Source: an uncultured bacterium (lineage in GTDB: Bacteria; Patescibacteriota; Microgenomatia; Levybacterales; UBA12049). Taken from it: a stretch of DNA of 64,000 nt. Below the pieces are notes generated by a model. It worked only from the letters and a program-made list of their open reading frames with translations, ran no database searches and was not told the origin of the DNA. Where the stretch lies: the NCBI GenBank assembly GCA_963826535.1, contig CAWGXL010000011.1, forward strand, positions 448,809-512,808, read 5' to 3'. Below are positions 30,401 through 39,590 of the stretch, piece after piece. Every line of letters starts with the position of its first letter. Position 1 is the stretch's first letter. A program made the position numbers and the translations under genes.

Positions 30401-32065
30401 TGCGACTCCGGTTTCCGATTCAACAGCTGACCGAAATGATTCATTGTGATAATTTGATATAAGTTGATTATTAGTTGGGTAATCATTAAAAAAATCATTG
30501 AATTTAAATTTATACCCTGCTTTTTCACAATCGCTTGCGAACTTTTTAAAATCCGGTTCTGCCACAACTTCAAAAAGCTCTTTATAGGCGGCCGCTTGTT
30601 CAGGTTTACCAAGATATTTATCCAGTTCCCAACCGTGAGCAATAACTCCCAAATCTGATATATTCGCGAGCGCAGGACCGGCTTCCTGAACTTTACCTGT
30701 TATTTGTTGAAATACTTGCATGTGTTCTGGGCTCAAAGTGTCTTCCGCTCCGAAAATCTTACCGGCGCCGCGCGCCAGCTCATAGAGGTCTGGATTGGTC
30801 TTAATAGATTCAGCAGCTGCGCGAATATTCTTAGCAGTCTGTTCTCTGTTTTCTTCGCCCCATCGAGAATATATGCCTAAGGATGTTTCAGTAAATCCGT
30901 CTTTAAGTAAAGCTGCTACTTCATTTTCAATTCCGGCATCTTTAAATGTATTCAGTTTATGAATCCAATCTCTTTCGTCAATATCTTTAGTTGTCTGTAT
31001 AAGTGCAGATAGAATCCCTAATGCGGTATTATCAGATGCGAGACGGGCCCAACTTTCTAGATAATCAGAGTTTACAGGCTTACCTAATAAAAGGGAAATT
31101 TTCCCAATTCCTATTTCAGCATCAGGAGTAAGAATATGTTCTGCTGCTTCGTTTGTCGCAAGTTTTGATAGTCTAGGTAGAGAATCATAATCTTTAATAA
31201 AGTCACGCGTGATATTTGTTCCTCCAAAGGATTTAAGTTTTTCTAATAGTGGTAAAATATCGGGATTCTGAGAAATCTCCTTTAATTTATCATGGTTAAC
31301 TAACCGCCAGCCTTTATAAATCTCCAATTTATAACCGTGATGCTGCAAGGCTTCAAATAACCTGACCGGGTCATTGGGCGATTTAACTATTTCATCAAGG
31401 TCTTTTGCAAGCCATTTGGACTCACTCGCGTTAAATGAATAAGGATTTTCTTTTGTCGCCCACACGTTCGTTTGTTCATCCCCTGGTTTATGTTCATAAA
31501 CTTCAACCTTATATCCCTGATCTCTTAACTTTTGAGCCACCTTTTCTATTTTTTTAATCTTTGCTTTATCTATTTTTAAATGTTGAGAATCTGTTTCTAC
31601 AGCATTTTCTTCAAGATAGTGAGCAAGTGCTAAAACTTGCTCAGGATTTTCTATTCCCTGCATTTTTAAACGTATCAGGCGGGCTTTTTCTTTCACAGCT
31701 TCAAATCCTGTGCGTTGGTGCTCGGCCATATATTGGTCAAGTGATTGTGGCCGCGGGGTTTCTTGCCGTGTTGATTCAACTCTGTTTATTGCAGGCGTCA
31801 ATTCTTGAGACCTATTTGGGTTTTCGGGGTTTGAAGTTACCGAAGCTCCATTTACTTTTTGGCTTTCTAAATCTATTGGTTCATCAAGTATTAGCATAAG
31901 GCCTTCACGGCCACGTTCAGAAACACTCCTGTCAAGAGTACCAAGTGTATTCATTAGTCCTGTTTTTTCTTGCTCACTTGGTTCCATATGCCTTGCTGGT
32001 GGTTTAGGCGTAGGCTTGTCTGGAGATTTTATATTTTGGTTGTCTTCCGATGTACTTTCTGCCAT
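27413..32065 (-). CDS. giant (1550 aa) soluble helical protein with C-terminal Pol-beta-superfamily nucleotidyltransferase-like domain
   Basis: No signal peptide or TM. C-terminal GSTGRHTNMPGDFDFDF (G-S-x9-D-x-D) followed about 45 aa later by LDIDIGF (third acidic beta-strand). Motif encoded at about 28048-28110. Confidence 0.6.
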   Translation of the reverse strand: MAESTSEDNQNIKSPDKPTPKPPARHMEPSEQEKTGLMNTLGTLDRSVSERGREGLMLILDEPIDLESQKVNGASVTSNPENPNRSQELTPAINRVESTRQETPRPQSLDQYMAEHQRTGFEAVKEKARLIRLKMQGIENPEQVLALAHYLEENAVETDSQHLKIDKAKIKKIEKVAQKLRDQGYKVEVYEHKPGDEQTNVWATKENPYSFNASESKWLAKDLDEIVKSPNDPVRLFEALQHHGYKLEIYKGWRLVNHDKLKEISQNPDILPLLEKLKSFGGTNITRDFIKDYDSLPRLSKLATNEAAEHILTPDAEIGIGKISLLLGKPVNSDYLESWARLASDNTALGILSALIQTTKDIDERDWIHKLNTFKDAGIENEVAALLKDGFTETSLGIYSRWGEENREQTAKNIRAAAESIKTNPDLYELARGAGKIFGAEDTLSPEHMQVFQQITGKVQEAGPALANISDLGVIAHGWELDKYLGKPEQAAAYKELFEVVAEPDFKKFASDCEKAGYKFKFNDFFNDYPTNNQLISNYHNESFRSAVESETGVALAKQLGIFEVNAGIWNGPALAELTKIPDSASTLKKLKEIYGYSYNPNDDHDNNQLSNLLSTLRNQELCSKLFEPKTVETLGHVKNEFGINFSMHNAADLVKISDDPKFREMFDNPETLAFVKNGLREKPNNINTAAALVNSDPTLRPAIEKMINHFEYVPKYTYESSDEYDPLTGKYVTKYELVLVDTSKFEELRDNPRIFEIHQQLDMIGMHRNPIEDFIALKSISEHNLLPIFERFKDSPKSQDFMWRNLDAIIPISSMSPEKVSTYLEIFQKIGDSPSQEIQRLKDSLIAQLVESDNPVENYQKIESIFIKNNIPTVGKIFGVFETLYAPEKLGSQIDTNADRVSPILKQSSTRRRYSTIYQDLLDVHIKSGNRSLKEYAKTLQGGSQVMEQYEKEGLSSLDPRQQEQLGYFVGKLETLHARSALETADDAFKSAGLSNIQERINSVRKSLKVGENQTVLERISEMYLQPAGITSLEQLLEKMRTAKSSADQRNRAMIEEAQHKTSEGNEEFTLELKSGDFLKGVDVRYISNILQNGSVAKEFLGASSNSDSTPFDTDISLVKPEDTENGFSGAIEMSLAGGYGQLLFALKDRGQYQLTNREGQIKGEAGKLELFQTGVRGDRHYGIRTGFPTSEIDFMITLDSLASQPKEMEKVFFEIAQNGFYIPVTDTKGKVLFTPKMFDDFRKVFAGIDKYEGNKLEIHPTTPDQVSYSKISEIVAGLGEDSERVSLATQIVRKQIQKALSGLGVSLRTEFDTSILGADLLDTGSTGRHTNMPGDFDFDFSLNLDALDFPRAQQLAEAIKATMVFEKDNSSAQEAGYYQLRNQGVTEIGGLRLDKPLDIDIGFANKSDISSYGTHDAIRDKLTSIKTHSGQEAYEQTVANIILAKQILKEGHAYKKQEHGGFGGVGVENWILANGGNMEEAFRSFQEAAYENGQRLPYDKFKQKYKILDPGVNIKFLNHDNFIEILKPSGYEAMLETIDRYFETKTNA

Positions 32066-32371
32066 ATTATTCTTGTATCAGACATACGCTTCTATCTCAT
32101 TATGGGTCATAAAAAGGGAATATTCAAGTTCAGAAGGTGGTTTTATAGTTTGGAGCAAAAGGTCATAGCGCTGTTGTACAAGAGTTTAGGATTTGATAAA
32201 GAATAAATTATTTAAAATTAATCAGCATAAAAGCCTTTTATTTTAATAACTTTAGCTGAGTTGATTTGTCTATTGACATAGCCTAATTTCATATGTAGAA
32301 TCTCGTGAGTAAGTTTTTCATTATTTTTTTAGTTATCATTTTAATTTAAAGTAAGCTATTTTTATAATTTT

Positions 32372-33394
32372 ATGTCAGCCGAAGCATTACAAATAAGACC
32401 GGATATATCAAAACAATTACTAAGAAGGCGGGAAGGCGAGGTTATTCAAGGTGAATATAAAGGCCCATCAATTGCTGTTATGAATGGGGGGCTATTATGG
32501 TTTCCACTTTTTGTAAATGCACCAGATAAGGAAGCCGGTGTAAGTAAGAGTGTGGAGATGCCTAGAACGGTTGATGAATGGAAAATAGACCACACCATTA
32601 ACTTGCGTTATGATTTTACGAGGGAAAAGTTTAGGCTTATGTTGGGGATAATCGGAGGTAGTGCTCAGAATATGGACCACAATGTTATTGCTGAAGCTAT
32701 AGGAAAGGATGCGCCTCTATCAGCATTGTATTATGCAATGGGAAATGAAGAAGAAAGACGGGGTAATAAAGACAATGAAATTACGAGGACAACAGCACTT
32801 TTTATTGTCCAGAAAAAGCAGATCCTCAAACCGCATAGCGATGGTAGGGTGGATATTAGGGTAAAAATTATAGATAAAGGTACCACAAGTTTAACTTTGG
32901 AACATGAAGGTACTCAAAATGGTGAAGCAGTTAGTAATGGTGGAAGTGTTATTTCTTTTCAAAGATTTCCTTATGTAGCAAAACCAAAGAAAGACCGACA
33001 AGCCGAGGATTATAGCAAATATGTAGCATGTGGTGGACCAGTCACGGCTAGTAAAGAAGAGGTTGAAGCTTTTGCAAATGATATTTCGGGAGATGTCAAT
33101 CAGGCACACAGAGATGAAATATATGCAGCAAAAACAGTCTTTGGTGAGCCTATTGTTCATGGCTTAATCACTCTTGGCAAAGTTCTTGTTTTATTAGCAG
33201 ATGATGCTAGAAAAATGGGAGAAAAAGGAACGCTTAAGGGTTATGAAGTTAATTTTAGAAATGCGGCGTTCTTTGATGAGACAATAGTTACAAAAAAGGT
33301 AAAGAGGCCGGTAAATGGCAGCTATGCATACGATTTCGTTTCGACTAAAGTAAGTGGTGAGCCAATTATGGTAGGAACTGCTACTTTTGCTTAG
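32372..33394 (+). CDS. protein with unknown N-terminal region and C-terminal MaoC-like hot-dog domain
   Basis: C-terminal FGEPIVHGLITLGKV...YEVNFRNAAFFDETI resembles MaoC dehydratase hot-dog fold motifs. Confidence 0.45.
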   Translation: MSAEALQIRPDISKQLLRRREGEVIQGEYKGPSIAVMNGGLLWFPLFVNAPDKEAGVSKSVEMPRTVDEWKIDHTINLRYDFTREKFRLMLGIIGGSAQNMDHNVIAEAIGKDAPLSALYYAMGNEEERRGNKDNEITRTTALFIVQKKQILKPHSDGRVDIRVKIIDKGTTSLTLEHEGTQNGEAVSNGGSVISFQRFPYVAKPKKDRQAEDYSKYVACGGPVTASKEEVEAFANDISGDVNQAHRDEIYAAKTVFGEPIVHGLITLGKVLVLLADDARKMGEKGTLKGYEVNFRNAAFFDETIVTKKVKRPVNGSYAYDFVSTKVSGEPIMVGTATFA

Positions 33395-33437
33395 TAGGGT
33401 CTTTGCATTTGCGATGTGCTTGCTGACCGGAATGTTT

Positions 33438-34368
33438 CCGTAAATATCCGACACTTTAGTTTAGCTGGTAAGCGGCGGTTTCATTCCTAAACTAATATGC
33501 GGTCTATGATAATGATATCTTTGAAGAAATGCTTCAATAAGGCTTTTTGCTTCTAAAAGTTCTGATTTTCTATACTTGTTCCACCCCAGGCATTCTTTTC
33601 TTACTGTTTTGTTAAAGCTTTCAATGAAAGATTGTTCATTTTTCTTGTAAGGTCTTGAAATACGAAATCTATCTGTGTAAGTATAGACTTTTTCTGCAAA
33701 TTTGTCTTTAAACTCCGGCCCGCCATCTGCCTGTATTAAATCGCTATGCCCATTGAAGCGTCTTCTCATACAGGTATCCAGGAAAATAACACCATCATTA
33801 CTGGTTAGGGATGGGCGAAGGACAACATCTGCTTCTCTGGAAAAGATATCAACTGCTGTAAAGGCAAAGAGTTCTCCAAAGTCAATTGTATCCATTTGAA
33901 TTACTTCCCGAGGTTTTACCGCTTTTGGTACCGGCCCACGTTTTATGTTATTGCCTCGTCTCTTCCGAAGAACGTACTTCTCTTTTAATATCTCATAAAT
34001 CTTAGGAATTGAGATAGAAACGGCGTGTTCTTTTTTGAGAAAGTATTGTATTTTATCTCCGCAACAATCCATCTCACGCTCTCTAATCTGCCAGACCCAC
34101 CTTTTTAGAATTGCATTCACTTGCCGTTTAGGACGGTCTCCTTTCTTAGCCACAAGATAGTAGTCTAGGAATCCCATAAGCCCTTGTGGATTATTGAGAA
34201 TACCACAGATCCATAAATGAACAGTTTCCCGATGAATGCCAAGCTGCTTGGCAATATGAGTCTTTGGCATCCCTTGTTCAAACAATTCCCAGGCGAGAGA
34301 AACTTTCGTTATTTGTTGCATATTCATAGTATATCTTTTCTCTGCCGCTTACTGTCGGATTTCTACGG
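33438..34368 (-). mobile_element. IS481-like insertion sequence (single-ORF HTH + DDE/rve transposase) with imperfect terminal inverted repeats
   Basis: Left end ccgtaaatatccgacac...ggtaagcgg versus right end reverse complement ccgtagaaatccgacagtaagcgg. Boundaries approximate. Confidence 0.5.
33461..34327 (-). CDS. DDE transposase/integrase (rve core) with N-terminal HTH
   Basis: HIAKQLGIHRETVHLWI helix-turn-helix. Core QMDTIDF...ADGGPEF...ESFNKTVRKE (D, D, E spacing typical of the retroviral-integrase superfamily). Confidence 0.7.
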   Translation of the reverse strand: MNMQQITKVSLAWELFEQGMPKTHIAKQLGIHRETVHLWICGILNNPQGLMGFLDYYLVAKKGDRPKRQVNAILKRWVWQIREREMDCCGDKIQYFLKKEHAVSISIPKIYEILKEKYVLRKRRGNNIKRGPVPKAVKPREVIQMDTIDFGELFAFTAVDIFSREADVVLRPSLTSNDGVIFLDTCMRRRFNGHSDLIQADGGPEFKDKFAEKVYTYTDRFRISRPYKKNEQSFIESFNKTVRKECLGWNKYRKSELLEAKSLIEAFLQRYHYHRPHISLGMKPPLTS

Positions 34369-34448
34369 AGAATAATCCGCTGACTTGCAGGGGGAGGGGG
34401 AGGGTGGTATACTTAGTTTATCTTTCTAAGAAAGGCTTATGATGAGCA

Positions 34449-35537
34449 ATGAAAATAAAACTTCAAGTAAATAAACCTGCGGGCGCGATGGCGCGACTTC
34501 TAGCATCGCATAAAGATTCGTTTATTTCACTAAAAAAAGGAGAGTCAGTTAAAGGGAAAATTACTAAGTTGACAGCATCTGAGATATTGGTTGATGTTGG
34601 CGCGAAGACAGAGGCGGTCGTCCTTGAGAAGGATAAGGCTATTTTGCATACGCTTCTTTCGGTATTTAAGAGTGGAGAAACAGTGGAAGTGCTTGTTCTA
34701 ACTCCCGAATCGGAAACGGGGCAGCCAATTGTTTCTTTGAGGCGGTATTTGGGTAATATTGCCTGGAAGAAGCTAGAGAAACTCATTGAAAGCCGCGAGC
34801 CGATCGAGGTTACGGTGAGTGATATAGGCAAAGCCGGCTACATTGTATCAACATCTTTTGGTATTTCAGGATTTTTGCCTCAATCGCATGTATCTTTTAC
34901 AGGAAGCCAAGCTATATCTTTTGGAGATACTCTTTCTGTGACAGTGCTTGAATTGAATCGGGAAGAGCGCAAAATCATTTTTTCACAGAAACCGTCTTTT
35001 ACAGACGAAGATTTTACGCAACTTATTGCAAAGTTTAAACCAGAACAGAAGGTTAAGGTTCACGTTACTAATGTTGCCTCTTTTGGTATGTTTGTTTCTT
35101 TACCGGTTGACGGCAGCACCATTCCCCTTGAGGGGTTTATACATATATCAGAGGCTTCTTGGGAAAGACAAGCGGAGTTAGGTAATTTGTTTACTACCGG
35201 ACAGCAGATTGAGGCGGTTATTCTCAAATTTGATAAGGATGCTAAGAAAGTGCAATTGTCTATTAAACGACTAACTAAAGATCCATTTGACTCGGTAATG
35301 GCAAAATATCCTATTGATAAGAAGATTACCGGTACTGTGGCAAAGGTCGATGAAGGAGGAATTGGCGTCGATATAGGTGAAGGAGTTGAGGGATTTATAA
35401 GACGTGAGAAGATTCCTCCGACAGTTACTTATGCTGTTGGACAGAAGCTTACTGTTTTGGTATCAGAGTACGATAAAAAGCGAAAAAGAATTTTTGTTGC
35501 GCCAGTTCTTCTTGAGAAACCGATTGGATATAGGTAG
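34449..35537 (+). CDS. rpsA: 30S ribosomal protein S1, short 4-domain form
   Basis: Four S1 (OB-fold) repeats, e.g. GESVKGKITKLTASEILVDVG, KVKVHVTNVASFGMFVSL, KITGTVAKVDEGGIGVDIGEGVEGFI. Confidence 0.7.
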   Translation: MKIKLQVNKPAGAMARLLASHKDSFISLKKGESVKGKITKLTASEILVDVGAKTEAVVLEKDKAILHTLLSVFKSGETVEVLVLTPESETGQPIVSLRRYLGNIAWKKLEKLIESREPIEVTVSDIGKAGYIVSTSFGISGFLPQSHVSFTGSQAISFGDTLSVTVLELNREERKIIFSQKPSFTDEDFTQLIAKFKPEQKVKVHVTNVASFGMFVSLPVDGSTIPLEGFIHISEASWERQAELGNLFTTGQQIEAVILKFDKDAKKVQLSIKRLTKDPFDSVMAKYPIDKKITGTVAKVDEGGIGVDIGEGVEGFIRREKIPPTVTYAVGQKLTVLVSEYDKKRKRIFVAPVLLEKPIGYR

Positions 35538-35658
35538 TATGTATCATGTAGTACGTATTATGTATACACAATTTCTCACGCATACTACATAATACATTCT
35601 ACTTACTACAGTTTCTGTTCAGCTTCATTTTTTTTCTGCCTAAGCGTATAATAAGATT

Positions 35659-37074
35659 ATGCCAAAGAATAAAACCGTAATAAATTTTGTATGCCAGGAG
35701 TGCGGTTATGATAGTCCTTCCTGGCTTGGTAAATGTCCAGAATGCGGAAGTTGGAACTCTCTCAAGGAGTTCAAAGTTCAAAGTTCAAAGTTCAAAGTTG
35801 ACCAAGGAGGTATTAGTAAGGGGCAGTCGGCAAAACCTCAAAGATTAAGAGAAATTGTGTATGAAGAAAAGCTGAGGATTCAAACTGAATATTCTGAGTT
35901 GAATACTGTTTTAGGTGGAGGAATTGTGAGGGGTTCTGTTACTCTTATGGCAGGCGACCCCGGAGTAGGTAAGTCGACACTTTTGCTTCAGTTGTGTTTG
36001 TCGCTCGCCAAGCAGGGGAAGAAAGTGCTTTATGTGTCGGGCGAGGAATCTGAGGAACAAATTAAGATGCGGGCTGAGCGGATTATGGCCAACAGCAAAG
36101 GCCGAATGGAGAAAAGAAATAATAAGTTGGATGAAAATTTGTATTTGGTATCGCTAACAGATTCGGATGCAATAGTGGAAGTAATTATTAAGGCAAAGCC
36201 TGATTTAGTGATTATTGATTCGATACAGACGATTGAGTCACAAAATGTATCAGGATTGTCTGGTTCGGTTGCACAAGTTCGCTATGGAGCATTGCAGTTT
36301 GTGCGCTGTGCAAAGCAGAATTCTATACCAATTATAATTGTAGGGCACGTAACGAAGGAAGGGATGGTTGCCGGGCCGATGATTTTGTCACACATGGTAG
36401 ATACGGTACTTTTCCTTGAAGGAGAAAGATTTACTGAGACAAGAATTTTGAGGTCGCTTAAAAACCGATTTGGTCCGGTTGACGAAGTTGGGATATTTCT
36501 TATGACCGATTCCGGAATGAATGAGGCAACTAATCCGGAGCAACTTTTTCTAAATTCCAATACCGCGTCAAATGCGGCTACGCCAGGAAGCGTTCTTGTT
36601 GTGACTTTAGAGGGGTCGAGAGCTTTTCTGGTTGAGATACAGGCACTTGTTGTCAGGTCAGGACTGCCAATGCCCCGTAGGGTGGTTTCAGGATGTGATC
36701 CTCGACGGGTTGAGCTCTTATTGGCGGTGCTGCAAAAGCATTTACGACTTCCATTGGACACACTGGATGTTTTTGTTAATATTGCCGGGGGATTAAGACT
36801 TTCTGATCCGGGCGCGGATTTAGGTGTATGTTTGGCCGTATTTTCAAGTTTTTCAAATGTTTCACTTAATGGGGTTGTTGGAATTGCGGAGGTTGGATTA
36901 CTAGGGGAATTGAGGGTGATTCCCGGACTTGAAAAGAGAATTCGCGAAGCGGGAAAACTGGGATTAAAAAAAATAATATCGGCAAAAACACATAAGACAC
37001 TGAGAGAAGTAATAGAATCATTAAACAAACCAGAGATTAAAAATTCAAAATTCAAAGCATCAAATTCCAAATAA
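35659..37074 (+). CDS. radA: DNA repair protein RadA/Sms
   Basis: N-terminal C4 zinc finger CQECG..CPECGSW, Walker A GDPGVGKSTLLLQ, KNRFG motif, C-terminal Lon-like domain. Contains an (AGTTCAA)4 tract. Confidence 0.85.
   Translation: MPKNKTVINFVCQECGYDSPSWLGKCPECGSWNSLKEFKVQSSKFKVDQGGISKGQSAKPQRLREIVYEEKLRIQTEYSELNTVLGGGIVRGSVTLMAGDPGVGKSTLLLQLCLSLAKQGKKVLYVSGEESEEQIKMRAERIMANSKGRMEKRNNKLDENLYLVSLTDSDAIVEVIIKAKPDLVIIDSIQTIESQNVSGLSGSVAQVRYGALQFVRCAKQNSIPIIIVGHVTKEGMVAGPMILSHMVDTVLFLEGERFTETRILRSLKNRFGPVDEVGIFLMTDSGMNEATNPEQLFLNSNTASNAATPGSVLVVTLEGSRAFLVEIQALVVRSGLPMPRRVVSGCDPRRVELLLAVLQKHLRLPLDTLDVFVNIAGGLRLSDPGADLGVCLAVFSSFSNVSLNGVVGIAEVGLLGELRVIPGLEKRIREAGKLGLKKIISAKTHKTLREVIESLNKPEIKNSKFKASNSK
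35768..35795 (+). repeat. (AGTTCAA)x4 heptanucleotide tandem repeat inside radA, encoding FKVQSSKFKV
   Basis: Read directly from the sequence. Same AGTTCAAAG unit as in the intergenic spacers at 44385, 48350 and 53340. Confidence 0.8.
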
Positions 37075-37168
37075 TATCAAAATACAAATAATAAAATCCA
37101 AAACGTGTTTTGATATTTGAAATTTGATATTTGAATTTATTTGGAATTTGTAATTTTGGATTTTAGAT
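37060..37168. repeat. AT-rich palindromic element, IVS-type copy (radA-yacL spacer)
   Basis: ccaaataatatcaaaatacaaataataaaatccaaaac / gttttgatatttgaaatttgatatttgaatttatttgg inverted repeat. Near-identical left arm in the 23S IVS. Confidence 0.6.
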
Positions 37169-37177
37169 TTGACTAAT

Positions 37178-37969
37178 ATGGATAAAAAAGAACAAAGAGA
37201 TATACAAGATTTAGTTAAAGATAAGCCAGAAGAGAAGAAAACTCCTGTTTTTTCTTCAAAAATGATAGGGGATATTGCGGAGGAGGTTTCCAGGACGCTA
37301 ATTAGCAGGCTTCCTGCTATGATGCGCCGGCCAAAAAGAAAGGCAAAAAATAAAAAGATAAAAAAAATAGAATATGCAATTTTACTTGATACCTCGGCAA
37401 TTGTTGATGGGCGGATTTTCGATGTAATTTCTACCGGTCTTCTTAATGGAAATATCGTTATATTATCAAGTATTCTTATGGAGCTTAAACATCTGGCTGA
37501 TTCTCAAGATACGGTCAAGCGGGAGCGGGGAAGAAGGGGACTTGAATTACTTGAAAATTTACGAAAGGAAAAACAGATTAATATTATTACTTTAGTTGCT
37601 GATGACGAGGCGAAAATGGAAAATATAGAGGTTGACGAGCGGCTTATACGTCTTGCGAAAATATATAAGGGAAAGATAGTAACCTGTGATTATAGCCTTG
37701 AGAAAAAAGCAGTGGTTGAGAATATTAGGGCGATTAATATTAATGCTTTGGCAAATTATTTGAAAGTTATCGCAGTTCCCGGCGAAGCGCTATATATCCA
37801 AGTATCTCATCAGGGCAAAGAAGCTACGCAGGGTGTGGGATATATGGATGACGGGACAATGATTGTAGTTGATAAAGGTGTTGATTTGATTGGAAAAAAA
37901 GTTAATGTGGTTGTTTCGCGGGTAATACAGACGGCTACGGGACGAATTTTATTTGCGAAGAAGATTTGA
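37178..37969 (+). CDS. yacL: PIN- and TRAM-domain protein (YacL-like)
   Basis: N-terminal PIN (ILLDTSAIVDGRI..) and C-terminal TRAM-like beta domain. Conserved position immediately after radA. Confidence 0.6.
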   Translation: MDKKEQRDIQDLVKDKPEEKKTPVFSSKMIGDIAEEVSRTLISRLPAMMRRPKRKAKNKKIKKIEYAILLDTSAIVDGRIFDVISTGLLNGNIVILSSILMELKHLADSQDTVKRERGRRGLELLENLRKEKQINIITLVADDEAKMENIEVDERLIRLAKIYKGKIVTCDYSLEKKAVVENIRAININALANYLKVIAVPGEALYIQVSHQGKEATQGVGYMDDGTMIVVDKGVDLIGKKVNVVVSRVIQTATGRILFAKKI

Positions 37970-38048
37970 AATATCGCGAATTTGATTTGAGTTAGCTAAA
38001 TTTAGTCCACCCCTGTCTCAGCTGATTAAATCGGCTTCGCAGGCCAGC

Positions 38049-38063
38049 TCTCCCGCTTAGCGG
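38049..38063. repeat. short hairpin TCCCGCTTAGCGGGA
   Basis: Related hairpin GTCCCGCTCAGCGGGAA at 39634-39650. The two flank the GT2 gene 38784-39590. Confidence 0.35.
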
Positions 38064-38783
38064 GATCCGCTCCTCTTCTATGAAGAGGTAAGAGTACCTG
38101 CCCTATACTCCTACCTCATCATAAATGACGAGCAGTCCTGCTGAGTTTGATGCAAAATCTTCGTGAAAAGTCTTGATCTGTCAAATAGAAAATTTAATTT
38201 CAGCCTCAGCTTTTTTCTTGACAATACCTACTTGCTTGTTGTATTTTACTTATAAGCACTTAGTTTTATTCCTGCCTGAAGAACTAATTGCTGTTTACCT
38301 TAAGAGCATTGCTTCTCGTACTAGAACTTATCATTTGAGTAACGAAAGCGATGCTCTTTTTTGGATTCGAATGTATCCGAATTACAATACTCCGAATTCA
38401 TCCGAATAAAGATTCTTCTTGCAATTTTAAAGAACAGCGATTGGGATTTGTAATCCAAGTTCCTGTAATTTCTTAAATTGTTGTCTGCCTGTTTGAATTA
38501 ATGCTTCCCTTTTGCCTGAGTCAGTCTGTGGGTTACGATCAAGTCCGAGTGGTTGGATCCTTTTTTTATTTAAGTTCCGATTGAATCCGGTTAAGCCTAA
38601 TAGAGAGATGAACAGTTTCATAGATTATCTGAATAATAACACATCTTTTTTAATATGTCAACCTATAATAAGTAATACAAATAATATCATATGTCCTAGA
38701 GTATATAATAAGTTGATTGGATTGTAAATTCAAGGTAATTTTTAAAACTTAAATTATGTGGATAACTTTGGGATATGAATAAG

Positions 38784-39590
38784 CTATTCATAGCGCGGTT
38801 CAAAGAGGGATTTTAAAGCGGGTAGGGAGGAAGGGAGGGAGGGGCGGTAGTCATAAGACGAACGGGATTTGACTAATAACTTCAGTAAAGAGAATGTATG
38901 CCTGATTTTGCCCGACTTGCGGGTATAACGACGGATGCCGACTCTGTGTCTGTATAATGATTGACTCAGGTTGGCAATTTTTCCATACTGGAGAAGTTTG
39001 ATAAAAACCTCGGTAAATACTAATGGATATTTATTCGTTGTGAAGTGAAGGATGTCTTTGGGGACTAACATACGGTTGATCATGACTGTTTCGGGCTTGA
39101 GTGAGCGGGAAGGGAGTATTGACTGATAAATCGCTTCGTGTTCTTGCGGGAGACTGCTTTTTTCCAGTGGTTTGTTGTTTTCATCCATTGTGACATATTG
39201 GGAGCCAATAGCAACAGTTTTGGCATTATCACACAGATAATTTACCTGCCTTTTAAGTTTTTGGAGGGATATTGTGTCATTCGGATTCATTAAGGCTAGG
39301 AACTGACCTTGAGCCAGCCGGAGAGCCCTATTTAAACACACGGCCGGGCCATAATGCTTTTTATTCTGTAGGATTTGAATCCTTCGACTCCGCTCAGGAC
39401 AAGTTTTATTGATGTTTTTTTGGAATTCTTTGAGGATTTTGAGGGAGTTGTCTTTGGAGTTATCATTGATAGCAATAATTTCCAAATTGGAATAGCTTTG
39501 ACTAGCCAGGGTTTCCAGGCACTGCGGGAGAAACTTTCCCGCATTGTATACAGGCATGATAATTGAAACTAATGATTGTTTTAATTTCAT
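38784..39590 (-). CDS. family 2 glycosyltransferase
   Basis: VSIIMPVYNAGKFLPQCLETLASQSY...IIAINDNSKD (GT-A N-terminal signature). Confidence 0.7.
   Translation of the reverse strand: MKLKQSLVSIIMPVYNAGKFLPQCLETLASQSYSNLEIIAINDNSKDNSLKILKEFQKNINKTCPERSRRIQILQNKKHYGPAVCLNRALRLAQGQFLALMNPNDTISLQKLKRQVNYLCDNAKTVAIGSQYVTMDENNKPLEKSSLPQEHEAIYQSILPSRSLKPETVMINRMLVPKDILHFTTNKYPLVFTEVFIKLLQYGKIANLSQSLYRHRVGIRRYTRKSGKIRHTFSLLKLLVKSRSSYDYRPSLPSSLPALKSLFEPRYE

Noticed and set aside
38000-38170. Possible small RNA (RNase P, SRP or tmRNA-like) suggested by GC-rich hairpins and a ggtaagag motif
   Set aside because: No ordered set of conserved RNase P, SRP or tmRNA motifs. The resemblance is limited to one short word.
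38173-38727. Small ORFs 38173-38409, 38427-38621 and 38512-38727
   Set aside because: Short, AT-rich, with no motifs. They overlap each other in an intergenic region.
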